NCBI GenBank assembly: GCA_965243045.1
Contig: CBDETR010000004.1
Coordinates: 1,207,985-1,271,984 of the forward strand
Length of the DNA stretch: 64,000 nucleotides
From: Alphaproteobacteria bacterium
Lineage (GTDB): Bacteria; Pseudomonadota; Alphaproteobacteria; JABAAW01; JAHZMA01
Reading direction: 5' to 3'
The translations under genes were made by a program, and so were the position numbers. Below, in pieces: positions 19,663-30,230 of this stretch. Below the pieces are notes generated by a model. That model did not search any database. It worked only from the letters and a program-made list of their open reading frames with translations, and was not told where the DNA came from. Each line of letters opens with the position of its first letter. Position 1 is the first letter of the stretch.

Positions 19663-20621
19663 GATAAGCTTCCTTTACGAGACTGAAAATATTGCTTGGC
19701 ATCCGCGCAATCTTGATGCATTTGTGTTTTTAATGCCTCTAATGATGGAAAATCACATTCAGCGCGTAACAAATGCCAAAAATTAATAGATAGATTTTGA
19801 CCATATAAATCATCGTCAAAATCAAATAGATGCACTTCTAGCAAGGGATATGTACCTCCTACTGCGGGGCGTGTGCCGAAATTAGCAATTGCTTGATAGT
19901 ATTTATCGGCAAATTGTGCCGTCACAACATAGATACCATAGGCAGGGCGGCAATAGGATTCAGGCAGAATATTAGCGGTAGGCATGTTTAATTGTCGCCC
20001 TAATTGTTCGCCTTTTATCACCTCACCTGTGATTTGATAGGGGCGTCCCATTAAGTCGCAAGCGCGCGCCATATCGCCTTGTTTAATCGCATCTCGAACC
20101 ATAGTTGAGGTAAAGCGTTGCCCTTTTGGGTCGCTTTGTTCTTGCATCCTATGATAGTAAAAACCATATTCCATGCTTGCTTTTTGCAATGTCTCGCAAT
20201 TTCCTGCACGCCCTTTGCCAAAATGAAAATCATCACCTGTGATGATGGCTTTGGTACGGAACATATCGCACGTGATGGTTTTGATAAATTCTTCAGGGGT
20301 TAAAGAGGCGCATTCTTGATTAAATGTCATCAAAATCAGACCATCGATATCAAGCCCTGATAAAATAGCTAATTTTTGTTCAGGCGAGGTGAGTTGGAAC
20401 TGCGGTTGTTCAGGTTTGAAAAATGCCATCGGGTGAGGTTGAAAGCTAAAAACCAGATGGGGGCGCGGGAATAAATCCTCGTTCTCAGCCATATGTTTGA
20501 TGAGTGCACTATGCCCACGATGCACCCCATCAAAATTACCGATAATCAGGGTACCGTCTTGGTAATCTTGCAATTCTGAGGGTTGCGTTTCAGTTGTGAT
20601 ATGAATAAGGCGTGTTGGCAT
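19659..20621 (-). CDS. ribF: bifunctional riboflavin kinase / FMN adenylyltransferase RibF
   Basis: 320 aa. The N-terminal nucleotidyltransferase region (GNFDGVHRGH) and C-terminal riboflavin kinase region (GRQLNMPTANI, PAVGG) both match RibF. Confidence 0.9.
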   Translation of the reverse strand: MPTRLIHITTETQPSELQDYQDGTLIIGNFDGVHRGHSALIKHMAENEDLFPRPHLVFSFQPHPMAFFKPEQPQFQLTSPEQKLAILSGLDIDGLILMTFNQECASLTPEEFIKTITCDMFRTKAIITGDDFHFGKGRAGNCETLQKASMEYGFYYHRMQEQSDPKGQRFTSTMVRDAIKQGDMARACDLMGRPYQITGEVIKGEQLGRQLNMPTANILPESYCRPAYGIYVVTAQFADKYYQAIANFGTRPAVGGTYPLLEVHLFDFDDDLYGQNLSINFWHLLRAECDFPSLEALKTQMHQDCADAKQYFQSRKGSLS

Positions 20622-20642
20622 TGATGATGCAAATTATGGCAC

Positions 20643-22043
20643 TTAGGATAAGGCTTCTTGCTCCAATATATGATAAAGGCTATCAACGCTATCTTGCAAT
20701 AGGGTTTTATCATCACCTTCTGCCATAATTCTAATGATGGGTTCGGTGCCAGATTTACGAATAATTAAACGGGCATTTTTTTCTTCTAATCTTTGTTTTT
20801 GCGCCATAATAGCAGTTTGCATTTTTTCTTTTGCTAAAAAATCAATCGATGTGCCGTTTGGTGCAATTTCAAAAGTGAAGTTACGAGTATGGTTTGGCAT
20901 TTTTTCATAAAGATTGGCAAAATCGCTTAAATCTTTGCCTGTTTCACGCAAGCAAGCCAGTACCTGTAGCGCGCTCATCACGCCATCGCCTGTATTGGTG
21001 AAATCGCTCATAATAATATGTCCTGAAGATTCACCGCCTAAATTGCACCCTTCGGCAATCATTTTTTCGGAAACATAACGGTCGCCCACAGGGGTGCGCC
21101 ATAACCCTATCCCTAATGTTTTCAAATAATTTTCTAGCCCCATATTTGCCATGATGGTAGAAACCACGGCATGACCAATCAAGCGGCTATGCTGTTGCCA
21201 AAAATGCGCGATAATTGCCAAAATATCATCGCCAGCATACGCATTGCCATTCTTATCGATAAGCTGAATTCTATCCGCATCGCCATCTAAGGCAATGCCT
21301 AAATCGGCGTTATTTTTCTCAACGATTTGCGCGATATGTTCAGGGTAAGTGGCACCACATTTATCGTTGATATTTGTGCCGTTAGGGTTGACGCCTGTTG
21401 TGATAACATCTGCGCCTAATTCCCAGAAAATAGCGGGGGCAATTTTATAGGCGGCGCCATGGGCAGCATCTATCACAATACGCATACCATCTAACCGCAT
21501 GCCACGTGGTAATTGCGCTTTTAAGAATTCTATATAACGTCCCGGAACATCTTCTAAGCGTTTTGCACGCCCTATTTTGGTGGCTTTTTCTAGCGGGATT
21601 TCCTCATCCATGAATTGTTCAATTTCAAGTTCGGTGGCATCGTTTAACTTACAGCCATGGACATCAAAAATTTTGATACCATTATCAGCAAAAGGATTAT
21701 GCGATGCTGATAACATCACGCCAATATCGGCACGTAAGGAACGGGTGAGCATAGAAACGCCCGGGGTCGGCACAGGACCTAATAGCAACACATCATAGCC
21801 AAGCGAAATAAAACCAGAGGTTAAAGCAGGCTCTAACATATAGCCTGAAAGCCTTGTATCTTTACCAATAATCACCCTTTTGGTATGCGTTTTATTTTTA
21901 CTCTTAAAATAATGCCCCACCGCCATGGCAAGCCGTAGCATCATTTGTGGCGTCATGGGGTGCGTGTTCACGCGCCCACGCATGCCATCCGTACCAAAAT
22001 AGCGCTTCTTTTGTGTGTCCTGATTCGAAAGTAATTTATTCAT
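20643..22043 (-). CDS. glmM: phosphoglucosamine mutase GlmM
   Basis: 466 aa with FGTDGMRG at the N-terminus, the active-site Ser motif SASHNP, and the alpha-D-phosphohexomutase domains. Confidence 0.9.
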   Translation of the reverse strand: MNKLLSNQDTQKKRYFGTDGMRGRVNTHPMTPQMMLRLAMAVGHYFKSKNKTHTKRVIIGKDTRLSGYMLEPALTSGFISLGYDVLLLGPVPTPGVSMLTRSLRADIGVMLSASHNPFADNGIKIFDVHGCKLNDATELEIEQFMDEEIPLEKATKIGRAKRLEDVPGRYIEFLKAQLPRGMRLDGMRIVIDAAHGAAYKIAPAIFWELGADVITTGVNPNGTNINDKCGATYPEHIAQIVEKNNADLGIALDGDADRIQLIDKNGNAYAGDDILAIIAHFWQQHSRLIGHAVVSTIMANMGLENYLKTLGIGLWRTPVGDRYVSEKMIAEGCNLGGESSGHIIMSDFTNTGDGVMSALQVLACLRETGKDLSDFANLYEKMPNHTRNFTFEIAPNGTSIDFLAKEKMQTAIMAQKQRLEEKNARLIIRKSGTEPIIRIMAEGDDKTLLQDSVDSLYHILEQEALS

Positions 22044-22052
22044 AATTATATT

Positions 22053-22544
22053 TTACTCGATAATTTCATTCGGGTAAAGCCCCCATAAACCAGCGCGCCG
22101 TGCCCAGCCTTTTTTATCTTCAACATCAATCTTACACCATTGTAAATCACATTGCTTGATTTTACCAACAATTTCGTAAGCCAACCTTGCAATTTTACGG
22201 CTTGATTTATCAGGATTCTGATACATAGATATTTCTTCTAGCACCACAATACCATAGCGTTGGCGGGTGCGTGATTGTGTGCGTAAAATCCAGCCTTGGT
22301 CACCTGACCAATCACGGATTTGCAACCAATCATCTAATTTATTGATAACTTCAAGGGGTAGGTTTTGTTGGTTAAATACCCATAAAACGGGGTAATTCCG
22401 CCCCGGTCCAGAACGAACAAAAGTTTTATGATAACGCAATGACGCATAATAGGGGATAAATTTTTCTGTACTTTGCCCAGATGCATGAAGAGGCATAACC
22501 AACATGGATAACAACAGAATCACAAGTAATGGGGATGAGCGCAT
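22053..22544 (-). CDS. periplasmic SH3b-domain protein (DUF1058-like)
   Basis: 163 aa with a signal peptide and two SH3-like segments (LRYHKTFVRSGPGRNYPVLWVF, WLQIRDWSGDQGWI). Confidence 0.55.
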   Translation of the reverse strand: MRSSPLLVILLLSMLVMPLHASGQSTEKFIPYYASLRYHKTFVRSGPGRNYPVLWVFNQQNLPLEVINKLDDWLQIRDWSGDQGWILRTQSRTRQRYGIVVLEEISMYQNPDKSSRKIARLAYEIVGKIKQCDLQWCKIDVEDKKGWARRAGLWGLYPNEIIE

Positions 22545-22646
22545 GGTAAAGGATTGCCCTTTGAGAATTGACTTTTTGAGAGCATTCAGTTACATCAGAC
22601 TGATTACACATTCATTATCATTAACTTATCGCAATTTATCATAGAA

Positions 22647-24254
22647 ATGACTAACAACGCAACTTTTCAAATAAAAAATCTTGCATCGGTTAAATCATGG
22701 GCTTTCATGGAAGCGCAGGATTTATTAAAGAGGCTAGAGAAAATCGGCAAGGCTGAGAGTGAAACTGTGGTTTTTGAAACAGGTTACGGTCCATCTGGTC
22801 TGCCCCATATTGGTACATTTGCTGAAGTGTTACGCACAAGCATGGTGCGCCAAGCGTTTGAAGTAATTAGTGGACGGCAAACCCGTTTGATAGCCTTTTC
22901 TGATGATATGGATGGCATGCGTAAAGTGCCTGATAATGTGCCAAACCGTGATATGTTACAATTGCATTTGAATAAACCGCTTACTGCTGTGCCAAATCCG
23001 TTTACAGATGGTACTGAAAAAAGCTTTGCCGCGCATAATAATAAAATGTTGCAAGGTTTCTTGGATAGGTTCGGTTTTGATTATGAATTCACGAGTGCCA
23101 CAGAATGTTATCAAGCAGGGCGGTTTGATGATGGTTTATTGAATGTGCTGAATCATTATGATGAAGTTTTACAAGTGATGTTAAAAAGTTTGGGTGATGA
23201 ACGCCAGCAAACTTATAGCCCATTCTTGCCGATTTGTCCTGATACAGGCAAGGTGCTACAGGCGAAAGTTGTATCGGTTGATGCCAAGAATGGTACGATT
23301 ATCTATATCAACGAACAAGGCAAGGAATGTGAAACATTAGTCACCGGGGGCAAGTGCAAATTACAATGGAAGCCTGATTGGGCAATGCGTTGGCATGTTT
23401 TAGGAATTGATTATGAAATGGCGGGTAAGGATTTATCGGAATCGGTTAAATTATCGTCACGCATCACGCGCATTATGGGGGCAGAACCGCCAGTTGGTTT
23501 TTCTTATGAGTTGTTTTTAGATGATAAGGGTGAGAAAATCTCAAAATCAAAAGGCAATGGGCTTTCTATGGAAGAATGGCTGAATTACGCGCCTGAAGAA
23601 AGTTTGGCGTGGTTTATGTATCACAAGCCAAAAACTGCCAAACGCCTCTATTTTGATGTTATCCCCAAACAGGTAGATGAATATTTAGATGCTTGTGTTA
23701 AATATGAGGCACTTGAAGAAGATGCTCGATTTGATAGCCCTTTATGGCATATGGGGGTGATGAAAACAAACGAACATCCGATGATGCCTGAAGGGTTAAG
23801 TTTTGCAATGTTGCAGAATTTGACCTCTGTTTGTAACAGCGAAGATAAATCTGTCATTTGGGGTTTTATTTCTAATTACGCGTCAGATGCAAACCCTGAA
23901 ACCATGCCTTATTTGGATAGGTTGATTGGTTATGCGATACAATATTATCAGGATTTTGTGAAACCGTATAAAAATTATATCACCCCAGAGGGGAAGGATA
24001 GAGACGCGCTAGAAAGCTTGTTGCAAAAGTTACGTGACACAGATTTGGTGGATGCGAATAGTTTGCAAAATATTGTGTTCGCGGTTGGTAAGGAATATGA
24101 ATACGAGCCCCTGCGCGATTGGTTTAAGTTTTTATATCAAAGCCTATTGGGGCAAACACAAGGACCAAGAATGGGTTCGTTCTTTATGATTTATGGGCAT
24201 GAAAAATCTTGCAAGCTTATTGAATCGGCATTAACAGGCGCGTTGCAAAAATAA
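22647..24254 (+). CDS. lysK: lysine--tRNA ligase, class I (LysK type)
   Basis: 535 aa with a HIGH-like motif (PHIGTFAEV) and KMSKS-like motif (KISKSKG). Class-I LysRS is characteristic of many alphaproteobacteria. Confidence 0.9.
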   Translation: MTNNATFQIKNLASVKSWAFMEAQDLLKRLEKIGKAESETVVFETGYGPSGLPHIGTFAEVLRTSMVRQAFEVISGRQTRLIAFSDDMDGMRKVPDNVPNRDMLQLHLNKPLTAVPNPFTDGTEKSFAAHNNKMLQGFLDRFGFDYEFTSATECYQAGRFDDGLLNVLNHYDEVLQVMLKSLGDERQQTYSPFLPICPDTGKVLQAKVVSVDAKNGTIIYINEQGKECETLVTGGKCKLQWKPDWAMRWHVLGIDYEMAGKDLSESVKLSSRITRIMGAEPPVGFSYELFLDDKGEKISKSKGNGLSMEEWLNYAPEESLAWFMYHKPKTAKRLYFDVIPKQVDEYLDACVKYEALEEDARFDSPLWHMGVMKTNEHPMMPEGLSFAMLQNLTSVCNSEDKSVIWGFISNYASDANPETMPYLDRLIGYAIQYYQDFVKPYKNYITPEGKDRDALESLLQKLRDTDLVDANSLQNIVFAVGKEYEYEPLRDWFKFLYQSLLGQTQGPRMGSFFMIYGHEKSCKLIESALTGALQK

Positions 24255-25081
24255 TTATAAGCCCTTCAAGCGTAAAATTTCAACTGGCTCGCAGATTGCT
24301 ATTTTTTGAATATGAATCGGCAATGCGGGTAATGTTTTTTCCTCACGTTCAAGATTAATTTTTCGTATCCATTCATAAATATGTTCATAGGGTAGCTCAA
24401 AATGTAATCGCTCTCTTGTGGTTTGTAGATAGATAATATCGCCTTTGATAAGATTACTTGCTAATTCTTGAGGGTTGTCCCAGAGAAAACGGGAATTAAA
24501 AAAAAGAATGTTTTGATTGTTTAATATCGTCAATTCTGTTTTGAGTGTTTGTCCAGAGATTAATGTGCGGTCGTTGTCAATATCTTTGAGCCATTCTTGA
24601 TTATTATAAAACGCGCTAACATTGCTGAAATCTGTTTGTTTAAGCCTATCAATAACGCATTGCGTAATTGCCTCATGATTGTTAAAATTTTCTTTGATGA
24701 TGCGAGCTGATTTATTATGGATGTGATATAATGGGATGGTACTGAATAGATTACATAATGTGATAAAAATCAGAAAGGGTGCAAATATTTTTTGATAGAA
24801 TTGTTGATTATTATCATTCTGCTCTTTGAGCAATGCAAGTGGAATATAAAAGAAGAAATAAGCCAGTAAAGACTATCATAACCATGTGGCGCACCATCTT
24901 TAAGGTTATAATTTTCAAGTAGCGTAATGGCACCAACGTTGTCAAATTGAAAAACAGGAATGGTGAGATAGGGCAATCTGATAAGAAAATATACGATGAG
25001 TAATAACAGAGCAAAGCTGTGTTGATTAACAAGATATTGCAACCATCTATGAGATTGCCATCTTTGAAAATAGGAAGTCAT
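24255..25081 (-). pseudogene. probable frameshifted membrane-protein gene (function unknown)
   Basis: Three overlapping minus-strand ORFs in different frames cover one contiguous locus: 24255-24833, 24770-25081 and 24814-25032. The N-terminal fragment has a TM segment. Homopolymeric A runs occur at the frame junctions. Confidence 0.35.
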
Positions 25082-25242
25082 CAGCTTCGTGATGCCCCCC
25101 GCCCCGTGAACATATAGGAACCCCTTATAATCCCCCGCAATATTAAATCCCCCGTAAGATTAAATTAACAAAGCTATCACCGAGAAATAGGGTTTGAAGT
25201 CATTTGAAACATGGTATATGATGAGATTGTGGGATTCATTAG

Positions 25243-26382
<1,140 letters not shown>

Positions 26383-26384
26383 TA

Positions 26385-27229
26385 TGGGTAACATTATTTG
26401 CGAAAAAAGCCATTTTTGTTTTGGCGGTGTGTTAGGGTATTATCGGCATGAGAGTGTTGAAACATCTACCACGATGCGCTTCAGCCTGTTTCAACCCGCG
26501 CAGAATAAAGCACAAGCTGGCTACATGATTTTTCTATCAGGGTTAACTTGCACCGAAGAAACTTTCGCTACCAAAGCCTGCGCCTATCAAAAAGCCGCCA
26601 CGCTTGGTTTGACGATTTTGGCACCCGATACATCGCCGCGCGGAGATGACGTTGCAAACCATGATGATTATGATTTAGGGCAAGGTGCTGGATTTTATTT
26701 AGATGCCACACAAGCACCATGGGCAAAGCATTTTCGGATGGAAAGCTATCTCATCAAAGAATTATTGCCACAATGCGAAACGCATTTTAACTTAGATGCA
26801 AGTTGTAAAACCATTGCAGGGCATTCTATGGGTGGGCATGGCGCGCTGACATTATATTATAAATATCCCAATCTTTTTAGAGCCTGTTCGGTATTCGCGC
26901 CGATTGTTGCGCCGTCGCAAGTGCCGTGGGGCAAGAAGGTTTTCAGCAATTATCTAGGTGATAATCAGGAGGAATGGAAAAAACATGATGCCAGCTGTTT
27001 GGTGCGCAACGTAAGCGATGCACAACAAAACGCACCCATATTGATGGACCAAGGCTTGGCGGATAATTTCTTGCAAGAACAATTACAGCCAGAATTATTT
27101 GCCAAAGCCTGTGATGCGGTGGGGCAGGAACTCATCTTGCGTCAGCATGAAGATTACGATCATGGTTATTTCTTTATTCAAAGCTTCATCAATGACCATT
27201 TAGAATTTCATGCAAAATATATCCGTTAA
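26385..27229 (+). CDS. frmB: S-formylglutathione hydrolase (esterase D family)
   Basis: Has the GHSMGGHGAL nucleophile-elbow motif and an FGH/esterase D-like sequence. It sits immediately downstream of frmA. I took the start at ATG 26385 (MGNIIC...). Confidence 0.85.
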
Positions 27230-27260
27230 GTAAATTGAGTAATCATAGATTTGGCGTTCA

Positions 27261-27474
27261 ATTATCCGCTAGAATGCTGGCAAAGCCATCATTCGCTAGC
27301 AAGGGGTTGCGACCTGCCTTATCGGCAGGAACCCCTTGACCCCCGCTATTTATCCGCTAGAATGCTGGCAAAGCCACCATTCGCTAGCAAGGGGTTGCGA
27401 CCTGCCTTATCGGCAGGAACCCCTTGACCCCCGCTATTTATCCGCTAGAATGCTGGCAAAGCCACCATTCGCTA
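27261..27474. repeat. tandem array of an ~88 bp intergenic repeat (2 full copies plus 1 partial), each with two internal hairpins
   Basis: The unit is ATTTATCCGCTAGAATGCTGGCAAAGCCACCATTCGCTAGCAAGGGGTTGCGACCTGCCTTATCGGCAGGAACCCCTTGACCCCCGCT. The inverted repeat CAAGGGGTT...CCTGCC/GGCAGG...AACCCCTTG is visible. A degenerate fragment (GGAACCCCTTATAATCCCCCGC) also occurs at ~25118-25140. Confidence 0.85.
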
Positions 27475-27593
27475 TTAAATGTCGCACCCCATTTGCTATG
27501 ATAATGTTAAGTAGTGCGGGGGGTTGTTAAGGGGGGCATTTTTATGTCGTGGGCTTGCACTGGGTTCCCACTATTTTGCGTAGCAAAATCGAG

Positions 27594-27760
27594 GGTGTGC
27601 TTGTCCTCACCATCGATAAGCCATACCGCACCCCCAAAATAATGATGCGGGGGATTAAAAGGGGGTTATGGCAAGATGGTGGGCTTGTCCTCACCATCGA
27701 TAAGCCATACCGCACCCCCTTTATAATTAATGGAATGTCGCACCCCCCTTAAATAATGAT
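27594..27760. repeat. second intergenic repeat family: 2 copies of GG(G)TG(T)GCTTGTCCTCACCATCGATAAGCCATACCGCACCCCC ~85 bp apart, plus three copies of a CGCACCCC-(AT-rich)-TAATGATG motif
   Basis: Direct sequence comparison of 27594-27636 with 27679-27720. The short motif recurs at 27478-27505, 27628-27654 and 27733-27760. Confidence 0.8.
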
Positions 27761-27820
27761 GCTTTCGCAACTTTATGAGATGCTCATGCGTGGCACTGGT
27801 AAGGTTGCAACTGTTAATTC

Positions 27821-27852
27821 GTTCCTATTTTCCCCCCCAGCGTAATCTGTTA
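27821..27852. repeat. direct repeat copy 1 (GTTCCTATTtTCCCCCCCAGCGTAATCTGTTA), upstream of the AT-rich small ORF
   Basis: Matches 28400-28431 with one mismatch over 32 bp. Confidence 0.8.
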
Positions 27853-28031
27853 AAAATGAAAATGATAATTCGGTTATTGTAGATTTAAATTTACGCCCAT
27901 TAGGAAAATTTTTACGCGCCTTTGAATCAGGCACAACCCATATTATCAATTTGGAAACAAACCAAAAAAATGATATAAATTGGATCGATTTATATCAAGA
28001 ATCTTAACATTTCATTGAAAGGAAAAAAACA

Positions 28032-28388
28032 ATGAAAAATCTACTTAAAACAATAACAATTATTAGCTTACTGTTCATAGGAACAGCATCAGCGGCAGAA
28101 TGTCAAAAAGGCATGAGTTTTAATGAAATTGGTAGTGCATTTGAAATTTTTAATGCAAAAATACTTGTCTCACCATACATTATTAATAAAATTGATGTTT
28201 TAGCCAATAATGATAAAAAAACCAAATCTGCAATTATTATAGAAAACTTTAGTCAAATTAATGGATTTTATATTTATACTTTTAATGAAAAAAATTGTTT
28301 TATTACATCAATTAAAGTTAAAGGTAAGACTATATTGAAAATTATTTTGAATAAAATTATAATTATGATGCTAGGAACACAAACCTAG
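28032..28388 (+). CDS. small secreted protein of unknown function, very AT-rich
   Basis: 118 aa with a signal peptide and ASA|AEC cleavage site, then a Lys/Ile/Asn-rich mature part. Codon composition is far more AT-rich than the neighbouring genes. An RBS-like GAAAGGAAAAAAACA lies upstream. Direct repeats bracket it. Confidence 0.5.
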   Translation: MKNLLKTITIISLLFIGTASAAECQKGMSFNEIGSAFEIFNAKILVSPYIINKIDVLANNDKKTKSAIIIENFSQINGFYIYTFNEKNCFITSIKVKGKTILKIILNKIIIMMLGTQT

Positions 28389-28399
28389 CATCATACCCA

Positions 28400-28431
28400 G
28401 TTCCTATTGTCCCCCCCAGCGTAATCTGTTA
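28400..28431. repeat. direct repeat copy 2 (GTTCCTATTGTCCCCCCCAGCGTAATCTGTTA), 12 bp downstream of the small ORF stop
   Basis: Sequence identity with 27821-27852 and 28472-28494. Confidence 0.8.
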
Positions 28432-28471
28432 GACTAGCAATATAAAATCACCATAGCGGTTGGGGTGCATG

Positions 28472-28494
28472 GTTCCTATTGTCCCCCCCAGCGT
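28472..28494. repeat. direct repeat copy 3 (GTTCCTATTGTCCCCCCCAGCGT; shorter)
   Basis: The 23 bp are identical to the core of copies 1 and 2. Confidence 0.75.
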
Positions 28495-28555
28495 TTTTTG
28501 CTATTGTGGCTGAAAATTGATAAACGATTAAGTTATTGAAATATAACTTAAATTA

Positions 28556-28630
28556 TGGTGCCGTGAAGTGGAATTGAACCACCGACCTCGTCCTTACCAA
28601 GGACGCGCTCTGCCCCTGAGCTACCACGGC
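28556..28630 (-). tRNA. tRNA-Thr (anticodon GGT)
   Basis: The reverse complement reads GCCGTGGTAGCTCAGGGGCAGAGCGCGTCCTTGGTAAGGACGAGGTCGGTGGTTCAATTCCACTTCACGGCACCA. It has a 7-bp acceptor stem, D and T arms, the anticodon loop TTGGTAA, and an encoded CCA. It closely resembles E. coli tRNA-Thr(GGU). Confidence 0.85.
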
Positions 28631-29225
28631 ATCAAAAAAGCACACAGATATGACTTCTGTTGACGTTGCCTTCCGCAGATGTTGTAAGTGATTTTCAGAA
28701 CACATGCAAGCAAGTTTTACCGACAGTTTTATCAAGAGTTTTACGGATAGTTTGATTGACGATTTTATTGTATTGACAATATCAACGGTCATGCCTAGTT
28801 TGATGAGGATGCGTTTTAATGGTTTTACGGCTTTGTAGCGAATCGCTTTCATAAATGGTTTGTTTTTTGCTTATAATGTATGGGATTCATTTAAAATAAT
28901 ATTTGGAATCATAAGAAAAACGAACAATAGCGACATAAATTGGCTTTTAACGACAATTCTAGTATTTATTACTTGAATCAAATCAGTTTCTTTATTATTG
29001 TTACGAATAAGGAATATTTTATGTTTCAGAATAAAATCTGAATAGATAAAGTATGGGATACGATGCCTAGAAAGGCTTGCATCTTGCCTCGTAGAATTTA
29101 ATGAGGTTTTGATGGCTAGAAATAAGGGCTGTATTTATACGTTGAATCATATAGAAATCTTATGTGATTGCCTCTCTAAATTCTGTAAATGGTGAATTTA
29201 GAACGGCTGTAGAAGGAGATAGCAA

Positions 29226-30104
29226 ATGGCAAATGAAATTGGAAGTGCTTTAGGGCAGATTCACCCGCAACAAGAAATTCGCAACGATGCGCGTCAAACG
29301 CTTCGTGCCAAGCAAGGTGAATCAGGCTTACGAAGAAATCAGCAGATTACAGACCAAGTTTTGGTTAGTAATCGTGCGACTGTTCAACAGGCACATGAAA
29401 GAAATGTTAATGCGGATAGTGACCCACGTGTGCAAAGCCTTTCAGGTGCTGTGGATACCAGTATTTTACTGGAAGGTTTTTTAGATGAAGCTGGCGAAAT
29501 TGTTGAAGATTTGCGTGCCGCTTTAAGTGCCAGTGAAAAAGGTGCTGCAACTGAATTAGAGCAAGAATTTTATCAAACGCTTGGTAATTTCACAAATGTT
29601 TTACAGGATGGTGGTAGGTTAGGTAATAATCTTTTAACTTCTGATATTAGCCGTTTACAGGTGGAAGTGCCCAATCAAGAAGCCCCTTACGTGATTGAAG
29701 GCGTGAATATTTTGGCAGCAGCTGAAGAAGGCGGTGTGTTTGATACACGTGTTTTTTCTAATAGAGGTGAATTAGATGTGGAACAATTGGCGCAAGCGAT
29801 TGGCACATCTAACCCTGTTGAGCTAGCGGAATTGCCTGATAATGTGTTAGCATCATTACAATCTTTGCTAACAGTGGCACAGAATAATCTTGGTGAATTG
29901 CGTGAAACTTTAGGGCAGAACTTAAATGATTTGCAACAACTGTTACGTACAGCGCAAGTTATTCAAGAAACTGGTGAGAACCCAACTGTGATTAATGAAG
30001 AGCGGGCCAATTTGGTTGCGTTACAAACCCGTCAGCAGTTAGAAAATATTGGTGGTGGTTCGTTGGAAAACAGTCAAGAAGAAATATTGCAGTTTTTCCG
30101 CTAA
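29226..30104 (+). CDS. divergent flagellin-family protein (flagellin-like middle and C-terminal regions; atypical N-terminus)
   Basis: 292 aa. GVNILAAAEEGGVF aligns with GVNILASAASEGGIF of the downstream flagellins. The C-terminus EERANLVALQTRQQL...EEILQFFR parallels the flagellin C-terminus EEAANLTATGTQYQIG...SLLQLIR. The 5' leader contains TAGAACGG...GGAGA like the other copies. Confidence 0.6.
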   Translation: MANEIGSALGQIHPQQEIRNDARQTLRAKQGESGLRRNQQITDQVLVSNRATVQQAHERNVNADSDPRVQSLSGAVDTSILLEGFLDEAGEIVEDLRAALSASEKGAATELEQEFYQTLGNFTNVLQDGGRLGNNLLTSDISRLQVEVPNQEAPYVIEGVNILAAAEEGGVFDTRVFSNRGELDVEQLAQAIGTSNPVELAELPDNVLASLQSLLTVAQNNLGELRETLGQNLNDLQQLLRTAQVIQETGENPTVINEERANLVALQTRQQLENIGGGSLENSQEEILQFFR

Positions 30105-30230
30105 TAATAAGCTATTTTAGTGCTAGCAAATGATTAGTTCTTGATGAACACATATATTATATATGTGAGTGCTTGATTTATATAAAAAATTTGGTTATTG
30201 TTTACGCATTAATTTGATATTGAGGTTCAG

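Noticed and set aside
27336-27752. ORF-track CDSs 27336-27530 and 27549-27752
   Set aside because: They lie entirely within the tandem repeats. Their 'protein' sequences are repetitive (…VLTIDKPYRTP… twice), and there is no RBS or codon-usage signal.
27261-27760. Possible CRISPR array suggested by the regularly spaced direct repeats
   Set aside because: The repeats are ~88 bp with no unique spacers of constant length between them. The units abut each other directly, no cas genes are nearby, and the structure is a palindromic REP/BIME-like mosaic.
28553-28852. 99-aa minus-strand ORF
   Set aside because: It overlaps the tRNA-Thr gene and continues into an AT-rich spacer, so it is an artefact.
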